Assembly: GCA_026023565.1 (NCBI GenBank)
Contig: JAPETS010000011.1
Span: forward strand, 186,001-250,000
Direction: 5' to 3'
Source: Cirrosporium novae-zelandiae
Lineage: Eukaryota
Length of the DNA: 64,000 nt
Shown: piece by piece, positions 12,590 through 27,600 of the stretch
How the letters are laid out: every line of letters begins with the position of its first letter
Position numbering within the stretch: position 1 is the first letter of the stretch
Notes under the pieces: model-generated
Databases searched by the model: none
Told to the model about the DNA's origin: nothing
Seen by the model: the letters and a program-made list of their open reading frames with translations, nothing else
Position numbers and translations under genes: made by a program

Positions 12590-15500
12590 AATAATAATAT
12601 AATTAAATTCGATCAAAAATTATTTTAATTATCAGGATTTCGCTGATCTATTAAAAGATTTATTTTTATTACTAGATTTTATTATTTTTAAGAATTAATC
12701 TGAAATCAGTTTTATTAAAAATAAATATTTTTTAATTTTTATTTTTTTTCCCGTGTTTTTTTATTTATTTTTATTATTTTTTTAATTTTATTTTTTCGGA
12801 TAAATCTTAGTTTTATTAATATTTTTTTATTTAGAATTTTCAATTTTAAAAGTTTTTTACGGTCGATTCGAATAATAAAATTTTTCGTTTAAATATATAA
12901 AATTTTAATTTTTTAACGTTTTATTAATTAATTGAAATATTTTTTTTTCAAATTTCTTTATTTAGATATTTATTTTCTAAATTTATAAATTTTATTTTTT
13001 ATTATTTTATTTTTTATTATTTTATTTTTTATCGGTTATATATATTTTTTTTTAATATTTTATTAAATAATTTAAGAACGTTTTTTTATTATTTTTATAT
13101 AAAATAATCTATATTTTTTTTTAAAATTATTTAAATCGTTTATTAATTTATTAATTTATTAATATATAAAATATATTTTAATAAATATATAAATTTAAAC
13201 CGGCCGCGAGAATAATCGTAAAAAACAATTTTTTTTAGTCCGAATATAATTATAAAAAAATTAATTAAAATAATAATAAAAAATTTTTAAATTAAAAATT
13301 AAATTATATTTAATAAATATATTTTTAATTTTAATAATAATATTTAAATTTACCGTATTTTATTTTAATATTAAAATAAATTTAATATATTTTAATAATA
13401 TTTCTTTTTTATTTTATTTTTAAAAATTACTGGTATTAGACTGTTTAATAATTCCGGTTATTAACGAAATAATTAATAATTCGATCGATCAAAATAATAT
13501 TTTCATCGGGTTATTTCGATATATCGAATAATTTAATTAAAATCAACGATTTATTTCAATTTTTTAATTATAATTATTAAAACCGATATTTTTTATTTTT
13601 TTAAATATATTTCTAATATCTGAATTTAATGATTTTATTATATATAATTTCTAATAAAATTTTATATCTAATAACTGAGGTAATTTTTTAGTTTCGACTA
13701 ATAAATCTCGAGGACGTTTTTCTATTTTAAATATTCTGGCCGGGCCAGCGGATTAGATTTTATATATAAAAAATATAATAAAAAATATTAAAATAAATAA
13801 CGAAATATTAAAATAAATAACGAAACGTTAAAAATAAAAATCGTTGAATTTCGAAAAAAATAGGTCCGGTTTACCTGAATATTTATTATTTGGTGAATCG
13901 GCGCCGAAACCACTATTTTCAATTTCTAGAAAAATATTTTTCAAACCCGCCTTAATTAGTTATTTTTTCCTTGATATACCCGCGAGCTGGGGTATAAAAA
14001 TATACGTTATAAAAAATTGCAAAACTTTCTACCGATATATTTATATATTTACGGCTAGATTTGAAGCCAAAACTAACGTTAAAATACCGTTTCGCGATAT
14101 CACCGATTACTATTTAGAAATATTTTGATTTATTAAAATATATATTAATTAATATTAAAACGTGATTTTTTTAATTAAATAGATTATTTAAATTTTTATA
14201 ATAATTAAATAAATCGGGGAACTTAATAAATTTTTTAATATTATTCGAATATAAAAAAATATTGAATTGATATTTAAATAATTAATCGACGAATTAATCG
14301 CCGATATAATAATTAAATAATTCTAAATTATATTTTTTATTAAATAAATTAATTAAGGCAATTTCGTTTAATATTTGATTCGATAATAGAATTAATATAC
14401 CGATTAATACGAGTAAAAAATTCCGTAATAATATAATTTTCGTGATTTTTTTTAACGAAATAATTTCCGCCGTTTTTTATATAATAATATATATTTCCCG
14501 AATATTTAATATTAATTTAGATCGTTTTAGAATAAATATAATTATTTTTAAAAGTTTTATTTATAACGTTGCGATAAAATATATTAAATATCGGAAAATT
14601 ATTTTTATTTTATTAATAATCATTTCCTATTTTAATAATAATATTTATATTTATTATAAATCGATAATTATAATAAAATTTTTTATATCGATTATTTTTT
14701 ATAATATCGCCGTTCAATTAATAAATAAACCCCGATTAATACGCCGAATAACTTTTTAGACCGATATAGATAATTTAATAACGTCCGTATAATATATTTC
14801 GGGCGTATAACGCGTCAACGGAGTAAAAAAAATTTAAAACAGAAATTAATAAATAATAAAATAAATATCTAAATATTAAAATATAATATATTTCGTTAAA
14901 TAATTATATAATTAATTTTGAAAAATTTTTCTATATTTTTGTTTTAATAGAATATAAATATTTTTAAAAGAAAATTTATTTATTCGTTTTACGTTAATAT
15001 TCTAAATATCGAATATAGAAATTGTAAAACGTCGTTCGTAAATAATAATTTTTTATATAAATATTTGAAAAAAAGCTACGTACGTAAAAAATATATTAGA
15101 TTTTTTTTTTTTTAATAAAAAAACTACCCCGCCTATTAAATAAATTGACGTAAAATTAATAATTATTCATTTATCTATTTTTCTAATATAAAATAACAGT
15201 TATATATTCAAAAAATAATATTACGCCGAAATAGAAATTTATTTTTTTTCCGATATTAATAATAATAATTATTATTTAAATATTAATTATATAATTATTT
15301 TTGGTAATTATATAATTATTTTTGGTAATTATAAATATTTCGAATAGAATATTTTTAATTTTATAAATAAAATTAAATTTATAATTAGTTTTATCAACGT
15401 CCGGAATATCGTTCCAGACGTTTATTAATACGGGGAATATATCGTTCAAAAAATCTTTTTTTATTAGAAATAGGAAAATAGCCCGTATTTCTATTTAAAT

Positions 15501-18500
15501 ATACGTCGTCGATAATTTCCGAACCAAATTATTTATCGGTCTCGATATTTTAAATTTTTAGAATATTATTATTAATTATTATAAAAAAATATTTAATTTT
15601 TTATAATATAACAACGTATAAATACGTAATTATATAATATCAAAAAAAAAATATAAATAAATGGTTTTTAATAAAAAAAACCAAATTATTTTTTTTTATT
15701 CGAAATTAAATATTTCCGTTAATTTTAATAAATTTTTATTTATTAATCGCGATTATTTTTTTAAATTTAATTATTATTCGATCGATTTTTATTCCATTTT
15801 AATTAACGCGGATTTAATATATATCGAAATATATAATAATTCCGTATAAAGAGTATTTATTTTTATAAAAATACGTATAAACGTTATTATCGATTACGAT
15901 CAAAAAAACTGCTAATATATAAATACGGAAATAGAATTTTTAACGAAAATTAGAATTTCTTTGGTAAATACCCAGAAAGATTTTAAAGAATAAAATTAAA
16001 TAAAAATGGCTTTTTCAATTTTTTTTATTGGAGAAACCGATTCTGCAAATACGGACGAAAATAGCCGTATACGTAAAATAAAACTCCCTAACGGGCTAAC
16101 AATTTACGGCGATACGAATATATCTGAATCTGTTATCGTACAAATCGCTAGAATCGTTATAAATTTTTCTAAATTTTAGAAAAACCGCGGCAACATCGTC
16201 GACGTTCCCGAAAATAATTAATTCTAAAAATAAACAGATTATTAACGAAATATTCGATAAATTATATAATTAAAACCGGATAAAATAAAATATTAAATTT
16301 ATTCTATTTAATTACCCTGTTTTCGTCGTTTAAAAAACGATTTATAAAAACCACGCCGAATTTAAAAAGAAAACGCGTAATTATTAATATTAAAAATTTT
16401 AATAAAATCATTTAATTTAATTTATATTTTATTTTTTATATTTAACGAATAATCGATAAAATAATAAAAATATATAAAAAATATATTAAAATTTATTTCG
16501 ACGATTTCGTTATCGATTCGAAAATTTTAAAAATATATATACGGTATTTTAAAAATATATTCGCCGATTTATATAAAATAAATATAATTCTAAATCCTAT
16601 TAAATTATTTTTAGATTATTTTAACGTCAAATTATTCGATTAAAAAATAAATATTGTAAAATTTATAATTTCCGAAAACAAATTATAAACGATTATTAAA
16701 TTTCTTTTTTAATAATATTTAAAAATCTAAAAATTTATTTAAATTTTATCGATTAATTACGTTAATATATTTTTTTTATATTTAAATTATTAAACCGTTT
16801 TATTAACGAAAAATATTTCTATTACGAAATATATAATTTAAAAACGATATAAAACGTATTTATTAAAAAATTCTCCGGTTTAAATTATTTACGGAAACCA
16901 AAAAAAAATTTTCCGATAATTTTAAAATAATTTTATTAATATAAAAATATTTATTTATATCGATCTAAATAAAACGTTATATTTCGACGTTAATATTTCG
17001 AAAAAATTCTGAATAAACGTTATAATATATTATACGAAATATTTAATAATCGATAATAAATTTTTTTTAAAAATTCGGTATTATTTTTTTTTTTAAATAA
17101 AATATTTATTCCGGCTAAAAAAAATTATGAAATAATTAAATTCGAAATAATAATATATTTAATCGAAATTTCCCTAAAAACGATTATATAGATTAATTAC
17201 AGCGCAATTATTTTTATTTTTACGTAAATCTCGCTAATATTTTTTTTTATAAATAAATTAAATTTAAAATTCGTTTACGCGTCGGTATATTTATAACAAT
17301 TCAATATTTCGGTCCGGTATAAATTCGGAAACACGAATATTGTGTTTAATATTTTTTTTTATTTATAGAATCTCGTTTTTTTTATTAGTTATAATATTTT
17401 TATTCTTAATTTTTTTTTCGTCGATTATACGGCCGCGGGTTATTATTTATATATTATTTCGTTAATAAAAATAAATAAAAGTTTCTATAATAAATTAATT
17501 GCTAAATATATAAAAAATAAATAAAAATTAAAAATAAAATATAAACAAATAAAAAATTCGAATAAATAATATCGCTATTTTTTTTATTCGTTAAAAAATT
17601 AATATATTACCGGAATCCGGACGATAAATATTATCGTTTTTATATTCCCTAAAATCTCGTTCTAGAAATTTTCGCCGAAATATATAATAAAAAAACGTAT
17701 AAAAATTTCCACCGAAATTATCTACGAATCGCCTAATCGTATTTTATTCCCCAGTTAACGATACGTTTACGGAAATATATTATATTTTATTCTATATACC
17801 GAATCAATTAAATTAAAAAATATAAATTTTATAATTTTTTATAATTAATTTTTATTCCGTTAATTTTTTTTTATATAATTATTATCGATTTTATTTTCGT
17901 TTTTTTTAAATTATAATAAAAATACGATTATATAATATTTATTATTAATAAATTTTTTAAAATAATAATTTTATTATTTAAAAAAATAAATTATATTATT
18001 AAATAATAAAAATCTTATTTAATTAATAAATTACGAATAATAAATTAAAAAATCCCGAAAATTATTATATCCGATTAGTATAAAAAAATTTTAATTAAAA
18101 TCTAATAAATAATATTTATACGTTTTAAAATCAAATTATTTTATTTTATAATCTATTACCCGTAAACGGATTATTAATTAAAAAAATTAAATTAAAATTT
18201 CGAAATCTCGTTTTATTTTCTGATTCTTTATTTATTAAAATCGAACGATTAATCTACGATTCTTCTTTAATTATAAATTATATATTTTATTAATATTTTT
18301 ATTATAACCAACAGATTTTTTAATAAAATTAATTATAATTTCCGAATTAAAAAAAATTTTAATATTAATATTCTAAATATTATTATATTTAAAAATTTAT
18401 TCGACGTTAATAAAAAAATAATTTCATTAAAAATTCAGAATATTTTAACGATAACCGCGATAATTATTAAAAAATATTACGATAAAATATATATAATAAT

Positions 18501-19358
18501 ATATTTTAAATTAAAAGATTTCGTTTATTTAAAATCTTATATATTATAAAAATTTTTTTATTTTAAATAAAAAATTTTTTTTATAATATATAAGATTTTT
18601 TTAAATTTTTGAACGTATCGGCTAATTAATATATAAATTAAAATAATTAATTTATTAATATATTTATAACGTTTTTTCGATTATATATTTTAAATCCGTT
18701 TTATACGAAAATCTATATAATCGTACGTTTTTAACGTTTCCGGAAAATATTTTTATAAACGTCGGAAATAAAATCAAATTATATAATATTAAATATTTCG
18801 TCGATAAACGTGTAAAACGTTTCGGTAAAAAATATTCGAAAATAATAAAATATTTAATATAATATTAATAAATTAAAAAATATCGACGAATTTATATAAA
18901 ATTACGAAATAATATAAATCGTACGAAAAAATTTTATTTTAAATAATAAATTAACGGCTGATAATATATTCGAAATAATAATATTTATCGAAAATAATAT
19001 AATTATTAGCGCGTCCGGATTAACGAAATAATTTAATCGTTCCTGAATTTATTTATTCCCCGATCTAAACGCGCCAAAATAATCTCGAGATCGTTTTAAA
19101 AAAACCCGGTATAAAAAAAATTAATTATTTAAAATAATAAAACGTTATAAAAAATAAATAATTAAAATTTTTAATTGAAATCGAATAAATATTAAAATAT
19201 AATTTTTTTTATATATTTCTATAAAAAAATTTTTAACGATAAAAAAATTAAATATATTTCGATATATAATTTTCTCGACGATTTTATATAATAATAAAAA
19301 TATTTTAAAAAAATTTTTTTTTAGCGAAAACGTTGGCTTTTTTAAAAAAAAAAGGATT

Positions 19359-19508
19359 TATTACGGTTTTTTTTAGGTTAGACTATTAGGGTATAAACCC
19401 TAGGCTCACCTTATAAAATAAGCCTCCTCCCTAGCCTAGACAACCAACCAATCTATATATCACCCAAATCAGAACCTTAGGTATTGCATGACCTAGGGTC
19501 CCCTAACA
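19359..19508 (+). repeat. G1a 3' LTR
   Basis: tattacgg...ctagggtcccctaaca, followed by TSD ATAAA. Confidence 0.9.
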
Positions 19509-20896
19509 ATAAATTAACGAAATTTATTTAATTATTTTATTATTTTTTATTATTACGTTGATTTTAATTGTTTAATTTATTATTTCGTTTCTAAATATTT
19601 TATAATATTTATATATCGTTTATACGATTATTTAATTTTTTTGTAATTTTCTTTTTTCGATGTATTTAATCGCCGTTTGCGAATCGAATAATATTATTAT
19701 TATTTTTTCGGAAATTATTTAAATATGTATATTTATTTTTATTATTATTTTTAAAATCGTTTATATTTTTTAAAATTTTATATCAAATATTTTTTTATTT
19801 TAATTGAAATAATATTTTTATATTATTTATGGGATTTTTTTAATTATTTTTTAGATTATTCCCGTTTTTATTTTATAATCGTTTAATCTAAATTTATTTG
19901 ATTAATATATGTTTTTTTAATTTTATAGTAACGTTTCGTTAAAAATTTATTATTCGGAAAATATTATTATTTTTTTCGATTGTTTAGATTTTTTCGATTC
20001 TAAAATTCGGATTTATAATTTTTAAATTATCGTTATAATTAAATATTAATTTAATATTTTTTTTTTAATTTTTTAAATTTATTAAAAATTTTCTAACGGT
20101 TATTTTTTTAATTAAATATTTACGTTTTTTATTTTTAACGTTATAAATAATATTAAATTCGTTAAATTTCTTTCGATTTTTTAAAAATAACGAAATCTAT
20201 ATTTTCTTTTACGTAGTATTTAATATTATATTTACGGAATATATATATATTTTTTATATAATCGTTATTATTGGAATTATTTTATAAATTTCCGTTATTA
20301 ATTTTATAAATCTATTTAGTAATTTTTGAAATTCTATTTAATATCTGATTTATTTTTTTTATTATATTTTATATCCGTATATATAAATTGATATTATAAT
20401 CGCCACGGCTATTAAATATATAAACCCCGTAAATAATCTGTTCTAATAATATATATATTTAATTACTTTTTCTATCCGTTTAATTTTAATTAAACGTTTG
20501 ACGTAATAGATTTGGAAATTAAATTTTGGATTTAATTATATATTTAATCACTGTACGTAATTTCTTTATATTCGATTAAATAATTATCGATTTTAATTTT
20601 CGGTTTAATATTTATTTAAATTTGATATTTTCGTAATTTAGAGAAAGTTATAATCTCCGTTTTTTGGACGTTAAATTCTAGTTTATTTTTTTTCCTTTAT
20701 TGAACCGCTGCTTTCGCTATTCCCTAGATGGTTTTTCGGGCTTATTTATTGTCTATATGGGTGATCGAGAAGCTCACGTCATCTACGAATGATAGGGCTT
20801 TGACCCCAGGGACTGCCTGTTCTACGGCTGCGAATAGCCCGCTGCAATATATCAGGAATAATATTGGGGATACAGGCGACCCTTGCGGCACCCCCG

Positions 20897-22300
20897 AATC
20901 TGAATTTACTGATTTAGAAATGAAACAAATAATTGAATAAAATCTTTTCAAAGAAACCGCGGATATCGACGAAATTAAATTTCTAATTGTTCAAAATATC
21001 TATGAATTTATTCCTAAAATATTTAATAAAATATTCAAAATCTTATTAAATAATAGATATTATTTTAATAAATAGCGCGCCGCAATCGGGATTATTTTAA
21101 AAAAACCAGCCTATTCAAAAAGACGTGATTGTTTAAAACAAAAATGCTATAGAATTATTTATTTGTTAAATTATCTAAACACAATTAATGAAAAGATAAT
21201 AGCAAATGATCTAGAATTTTATCAATTTCGTTTAAATCAATAAAGAATAATTGCAAAATTCCAAAGAAATTAGCAAAAGTTTTATTGCAATAAAAATTTA
21301 AAAACGTTAGTAAAGTCGACTAAAAAAAACTGAATTAATATATTTTTTTATTTCTAAAACCCATGGAAAATACGGTATAAAATTTACAAATTTCATAATT
21401 ATTCCAGAAATTCAAGTCAAATAGCTACGAATTTATTTTATATAAAATCTGAACTGGAAAACCTATATAGAAAATAAAATAAATATTATTTAAAAAATCT
21501 ATTTTATAATAAAATGATTGATTAATATAAATCGAAACTTGTTTTTTAACGTATTAAAACAATTATATATCATATATATAAATTCAATTATTAATTATAG
21601 AATCCCAATTTAATAGCAAAATTAAAGGAATTTATTATATTTATTCTAGAAATTATAAAATTCGGCTTCAAAATTAATATTAGAAATTTTTCGGACTAAT
21701 CCTATTTAGGCGCTAGAAATTAAATGCGCTTTATAAATTTTATTAAATCAAATCTTTGGGAATAATGAAAATTATATAATACGTATCCTGATTCTGTAAA
21801 ATAAATATTTATTTAAATCAAATTATAAAATAATTCGATTATACTTCGGAAAATACCATTTCGTCGGTGGTTAATATAGCGCCCGATAATCTTTATAATC
21901 TTCGATCGAACCTAAAAAACAGAAATTCGAAAATCCAAAAAATTAACATTAAAATCGAAATCTAATTCACAAAATTATTAAATTCAATTAAAAATATTAC
22001 TTAAAATAATAAATTCGAAAAAATTAAAATATCGAAAATACCGCCGTAAAAAAAATTACATATAATTGATTTTTTTTTATTAATTTAAATAATAAAATAG
22101 AAATTACGAAAAATTATTTAAAATTAATCTAGAAATTAAAAAAAATCAAAAAGAAATTCGATTTATTATATAAATAAATATATTAGAACGGGTATTTTTT
22201 ATAAAAATCGAAATTATACAAAATTATCAAATTTAAAACAAAAAACCGAAATTTATAATACAAAATTATTTATAATCGAAGAAAAATATATATATAAAAA
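20897..22300 (+). mobile_element. LINE family B fragment B1 (ORF2 RT to RNase H remnants, internally deleted)
   Basis: Aligns to 46222-46530 and then 57700-58750; the RT core between is missing (junction ~21220). Confidence 0.8.
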
Positions 22301-22308
22301 AATCAAAC

Positions 22309-24647
22309 TTTTGGTGACCCCGGGCCACCAAATTATTTCACTATTGTGACGATCATTATACTAAATTTTTAACGCCTATTTGGGGCCTATAGAGCCCAGC
22401 AGTAGCGGGGAGAAATCGGGAACTATGAACGTGCGTGCCGTTAGCGAGAACGGGGCGGGTACGAAAAAATAACAGCGCCTAAAAAACGAATCGAACGAAT
22501 CGGGGCAGAAGTTTATAATAAAATCTAGCTATTCGGTACTACGATCCCTGATTTTAGAAAAAAATAATTAGACAGAAAAACACCGTCGAAGAAATTGACG
22601 AGAAAAAAAAAACCCTAATACAAATATATTAATAATCGGGATATTTTAATGGAATAAACGGCTAAATATATAATAATACGTATATTTCCCGCAATCGGAA
22701 AAAGAATATACTAGACTTTACGGTATAATTACGGAAAATATTATTCACTTTAAAAACCCGAATAATCATTCTAAAAAAAACGAAATAATAAAATTATAAA
22801 AATTTAAAAAAAAAATTACAAAAAATTATATATTATTAAACAGAAATTTTTAATAATTAAAAAAACAATTATAATAATAATCCAAATACTATGAATCCGG
22901 GTGGAAACCGTAGAAATTACGTATAACGGAATAAAACCTTTTATAAACGGGGGTTAAATAAGCCTGATTATTAAACCCGAATAAATAATAAACAAAAAAC
23001 GTAATATTCTTTTTAATAATACCCCGAATAAAAATAATAGTCGGATTATAAACGTTTAATACGCGGACAACGATATAAACGGATAAAAAAACCTAAAAAA
23101 ACCGAATATTCGGGTTTTATAACACCAATAATAATAGCGATTAATATTAAATTAATTAATTTAGAAATACCGCCTGAATTATAGATACGGGAAATCTATA
23201 TTAATAGGAAAAATAATCTGAAATCCACGTTTAACAAAAAAATTAATACGGGTGTATTATTATCTAAATATAAATAAAAAATATTAAAAATCGTAGTTAA
23301 AACGGATAATACGATAATAAATATACGTTTTTTAGAAATTTTGTATTAGACAAAAATACTAAAAATACCTGTAGAAATATTTGGGGGGCCAGAAAAATTA
23401 AATATAATAAAAAATATTTAGAGAATATTTATTAATTATCCCAAAATACGATAATCGTATAAATAACCCCGGAAAAATATCGCTAAAAACGAATACGAAC
23501 TAGATTTATATTAAAAATATATATTACCGTTATTAAAATAAAGATCCCATATATAATATATAAAAAATAGAGAATCGAAAATTATTATTTACCAGGATAT
23601 AAGCTTCGATATATCTAATAATTCACGTTAGAAATAAATAACGTATATCTAAAATACGCCTAATTAGGGTATAAATCATTCCTGGAATACAGGGATAGAA
23701 CCCCCAGATATACGATATACGCGGAAATATACGAAACGTAGGACTACAGGTGTCGGATAACAGGATACAAGCCTGCGTACACGGGGGCGTATATATATAT
23801 CCCGTTGAAATATACAAACTGCCTAGGCCCTTATATAGCCACTGACGGAAAACACCCAGTAGCCCGGAAAACAGAGGCGGAATATACGAAAGAAAAACGC
23901 CGAAAAAACGTTATATAAACGTTCTATATATTTGTTTTTTTAAAAAAAAATATGAATCTACGGAACCCGTTTCCGAACCCTAATTAAGAATTAAAAGGCC
24001 CCGAACCAACCCCGAAAAAAATAAAAAAAGAATTTAAATAATACTAAAAACACCGATAGTATTTATATCGCAAATAAATAATAATATATTCGAATTATAA
24101 ATAAAAATATTATAATATAATTATTAGAAAGAATACGATATAACGATTATAATTTTAAAATTAATTATATAAATTAAAACGGATATAATATTATTATAAA
24201 AATCTAATTAAAAATTAAAAAAAAAATATTATATCCAAAATAGGATTTTTATTAGCCCGAATTAAAGATCTAAATAAAAAATAAAATCGTAAAAACCGAT
24301 TTAATTAATTAATTTTATTTCGTAACGCTAGAAATCAATATAATAAATATAAATAAAAAAATAAAAAATCCGATTAGAATAATTAATATCTATAATCAAA
24401 AATTAAAAAAAAAATTTAAAATAAAATTAATAATAAAAATCTAAAAAATTTTTATAAAATATAAAATAAAAATAAAATAATATTAATAAAAAATTTTAAT
24501 ATTTATAATCTAATATAAAAACCGGAATAAATTATTGATATGAATAAATCGTTTTTAATAACGTTTATAAAAAAATAGAATTTAATTATATAAAACTATA
24601 CCGCCCAAAATATTTAATTCGGAAAAAAATCAATTTATTATTTAATA
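22309..24647 (+). mobile_element. LINE family A copy A5, 5' half (5' UTR, ORF1, start of ORF2)
   Basis: Begins ttttggtgaccccgggccaccaaa. ORF1 zinc-knuckle remnant K(C)TNCLGP(H) at ~23805-23835. Deletion near 23100 relative to other copies. Confidence 0.85.
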
Positions 24648-27600
24648 TTTGATTCGTTTAAATTTTTTTTCCCGTATCCGGGTTCTATTTATTTTTAATG
24701 CAAATGAATTTTACGGTTTATTTTTTCCTATTTAATTTAGAATTAAAATTTTTTTATTTCCGTATCATTTAAAAAACGTATTTAATTTTTTAATACGAAA
24801 ATTAGTTTTTTTTTATTAATTATATTAGATTATCGTTTTCCCCATTTTTTTATTATTTTTTATAAACGGGTTCTAATTATATTTTATCGCGGATATATTA
24901 ATATTTTAGAATAATAATAATTTTTTTATTTTTTAATTATATAATTAATTATACGTTTTGATAATCTATTTTTCGGTTATATTACGGATTATATAAATTA
25001 ACGAAATTTATTTAATTATTTTATTATTTTTTAGTATTACGTTTATTTTGATTATTTAATTTATTATTTCGTTTTTTAATTAATTAAATATTTAATATAT
25101 TTATATGTTATTTATATAATTATTTAATTTTTTTTAATCCGTTTAATCGTTATTTATGAATTGAATAATATTATTATTATTTTTTCGGGAATTATTTAAA
25201 TATTTAGATTTATTTTAATCGTTATTTTTAAAATTATTTATATTTTTTTAAAATTTTATATTAAATGTTTTTTTATTTTAATCGAAATAATATTTTTATA
25301 TTATTTACGGAATTATTTCGATTATATTTTAAATTATTTTACGGTCGTTTAATTTAAATTTATTTAATTAATATATTTTTTTTTAATTTTATATTAATAT
25401 TTCGTTAAAAATTTATTATTTAAAAAATATTATTTTTTTTTTAATTATTTAAATTTTTTCGATTTTAAAATTTAAATTTATAAATTTTTAGATTATCGTT
25501 ATAATTAAATATTAATTTAATCTATTTTTTTTAATAATTATTTTTTTAATTAAATATTTATATTTTTTATTTTTAATATTATAAATAATATTAGATTTAT
25601 TAAATTGTTTTCGATTTTTTAAAAATATCGAAATTTATATTTTTTTTATACGGTATTTAATATTACGTTTACGGGGTATATATAAATTTCTTATATAACC
25701 GTTATTATTAAAATTATTTTATAAATTTTAATTATTAATTTCGTAAATTTATTTATTTAATAATTTTTAAAATTTTATTTAATACCGGATTTATTTTTTT
25801 TATTAAATTTTATATTTATATATATAAATTAATATTATAATCGTTATAATTATTTAATACGTAAATTTTATAAATAATCCGTTTCGGTAATATATATATT
25901 TAATTCCGTTTTGTATATATTTAATTTTAATTAAACGTTAAATATAATAAATTCAAAAAATAAATTTCGGGTTTTATTATATATTTAATTATTGTATATA
26001 ATTTTTTTTATATTTAATTAAATAATTATCTATTTTAATTTTCCATTTAATATTTATTTAGATTTAATATTTTCGTTATTTAAAAAAAATTATAATTTTA
26101 ATTTATTTTTTTTTTATTAAATTATTATTTTTATTATTTATTAAATAATTTTCTGGTTTTATTTATTGTTTATATAATTGATCGACAAATTTATATTGTT
26201 CACGAATAATCAAATTTTAATTTTAAAAATTATTTATTCCATAATTGCGAATAATTTATTATAATATATTAAGAATAATATTAAAAATATAAACGATTTT
26301 TATAATATTTTTATTTTTATATTAATATAGGATTATATTTTTTTATCGATTATTATTTCGATATTTTATTTAATTATAATTTTTAATTAATATTTTATCG
26401 GTTTTTTTGGATAATTATTAGACGAATATTTCTTTTATTAAAAATCGATATTCGGGATTTTTTAGCAATAATAAAAAACAAATTTATTTTTAATTTCTAC
26501 CATTATTCTCCCGTTTTTTATATAGAACGCTAATATTAAATTTCGATTTTTAAATTTATAATATTTGAATATTTTTTATTCCCGTTAAATAATTTCGGGG
26601 TTTAAAAATTTATTTAAATCGTTTTTTTTATATATATTTAAAAAAAATCGGTTTATTTATTTTTTTTTAATTTGAATTAATTTTATAAATTTTTTAAATA
26701 TTATTTTAATTCTTTTAAAAATTCTGTTTTTTTATTTTATTTTTTTAAATATTATATAATACACGTATTTTTTAACGATATATTCGGAATTTTATTAAAT
26801 TTTCGATTAAATATATATCTACTTCGGTTTTACGTATTTATTTAAAGTAATTTTTTATATTTTATTTTTCAATTATATTTCGGTATAATCTGCGGTTAAT
26901 ATATTTTTCGTAATTAATTAAAATTTTTATGTTTATTTCGTTTTTATTTATTATTAGGGATTTTTTAATAGTTTTAAATCTTATGGATTCGGGATTTATT
27001 AATTATTTTTAAAATAATTTTATTATAAAATTAATTTTTTTTCGTATCAAATATTTTAAATAATATTATTTTATATAATTAAATTTTTATAATAATATTA
27101 TATTTATTTTAATTTATATAATTAATTTTAAAATTATAATTATTATATCGTATTTTTTATAATCATTATATTATAATATTATTTAAAATTCGGATATATT
27201 ATTATTTATTTGCGATATAAATATTATCGATATTCTTGATATTATTAATATTTTAAATATTATTTATATATATATATATTTTTTTTTAATATTAATTCGG
27301 GGGTTTTTAATTTTTAATTAAAACTTTATAAATTTATATTTTTTTTTTGAATAATAAATATATAAAATCATTATATAACGTTTTCGCGGCGTTTTCTTTA
27401 TATATTCTGTTTTTATTTTTCGGGCTGCTGAATATTATCCGTTAGTAATTATATAAAGGCCTAAACAATATATATTTCAACGAAATATATATATAAACCC
27501 CTATACGCGTAGATTTGTATTTTATTATCCGATATTAATAATTTTATATTTCGTATATTTCCGCGTATATCTAGAAAGTTTATTTTTATATTCTAAAAAT

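Larger units (their letters stand above)
12439..19508 (+). mobile_element. Ty3/Gypsy LTR retrotransposon G1, copy a (gag-PR-RT-RH-IN-chromodomain remnants), RIP-degraded
   Basis: Direct LTRs 12439-12589 and 19359-19508, 5-bp TSD ATAAA. Protease-like LI(D)TG remnant ~15422, RT tatttcgacgat ~16494, chromodomain-like remnant ~18780-18900. Purine tract before the 3' LTR. Homologous to 36770-44391. Confidence 0.9.
5377..20896 (-). mobile_element. LINE family A (variant A') host copy A3, split into 5377-5951, 12197-12438 and 19509-20896 by later insertions; 5'-truncated within RT
   Basis: The three pieces join collinearly across TSDs TATTTTGGGAT (5941-5951/12197-12207) and ATAAA (12434-12438/19509-19513). 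The end segment retains GVPQGSPVSPILFLIYCSGLFAAVEQAVPGVKALSFVDDVSF. Confidence 0.85.

Noticed and set aside
20742..20951. 69-aa ORF with intact RT motifs as an active reverse transcriptase
   Set aside because: A short preserved fragment at the truncation point of A3, fused to antisense LINE B; surrounding sequence is full of stops.
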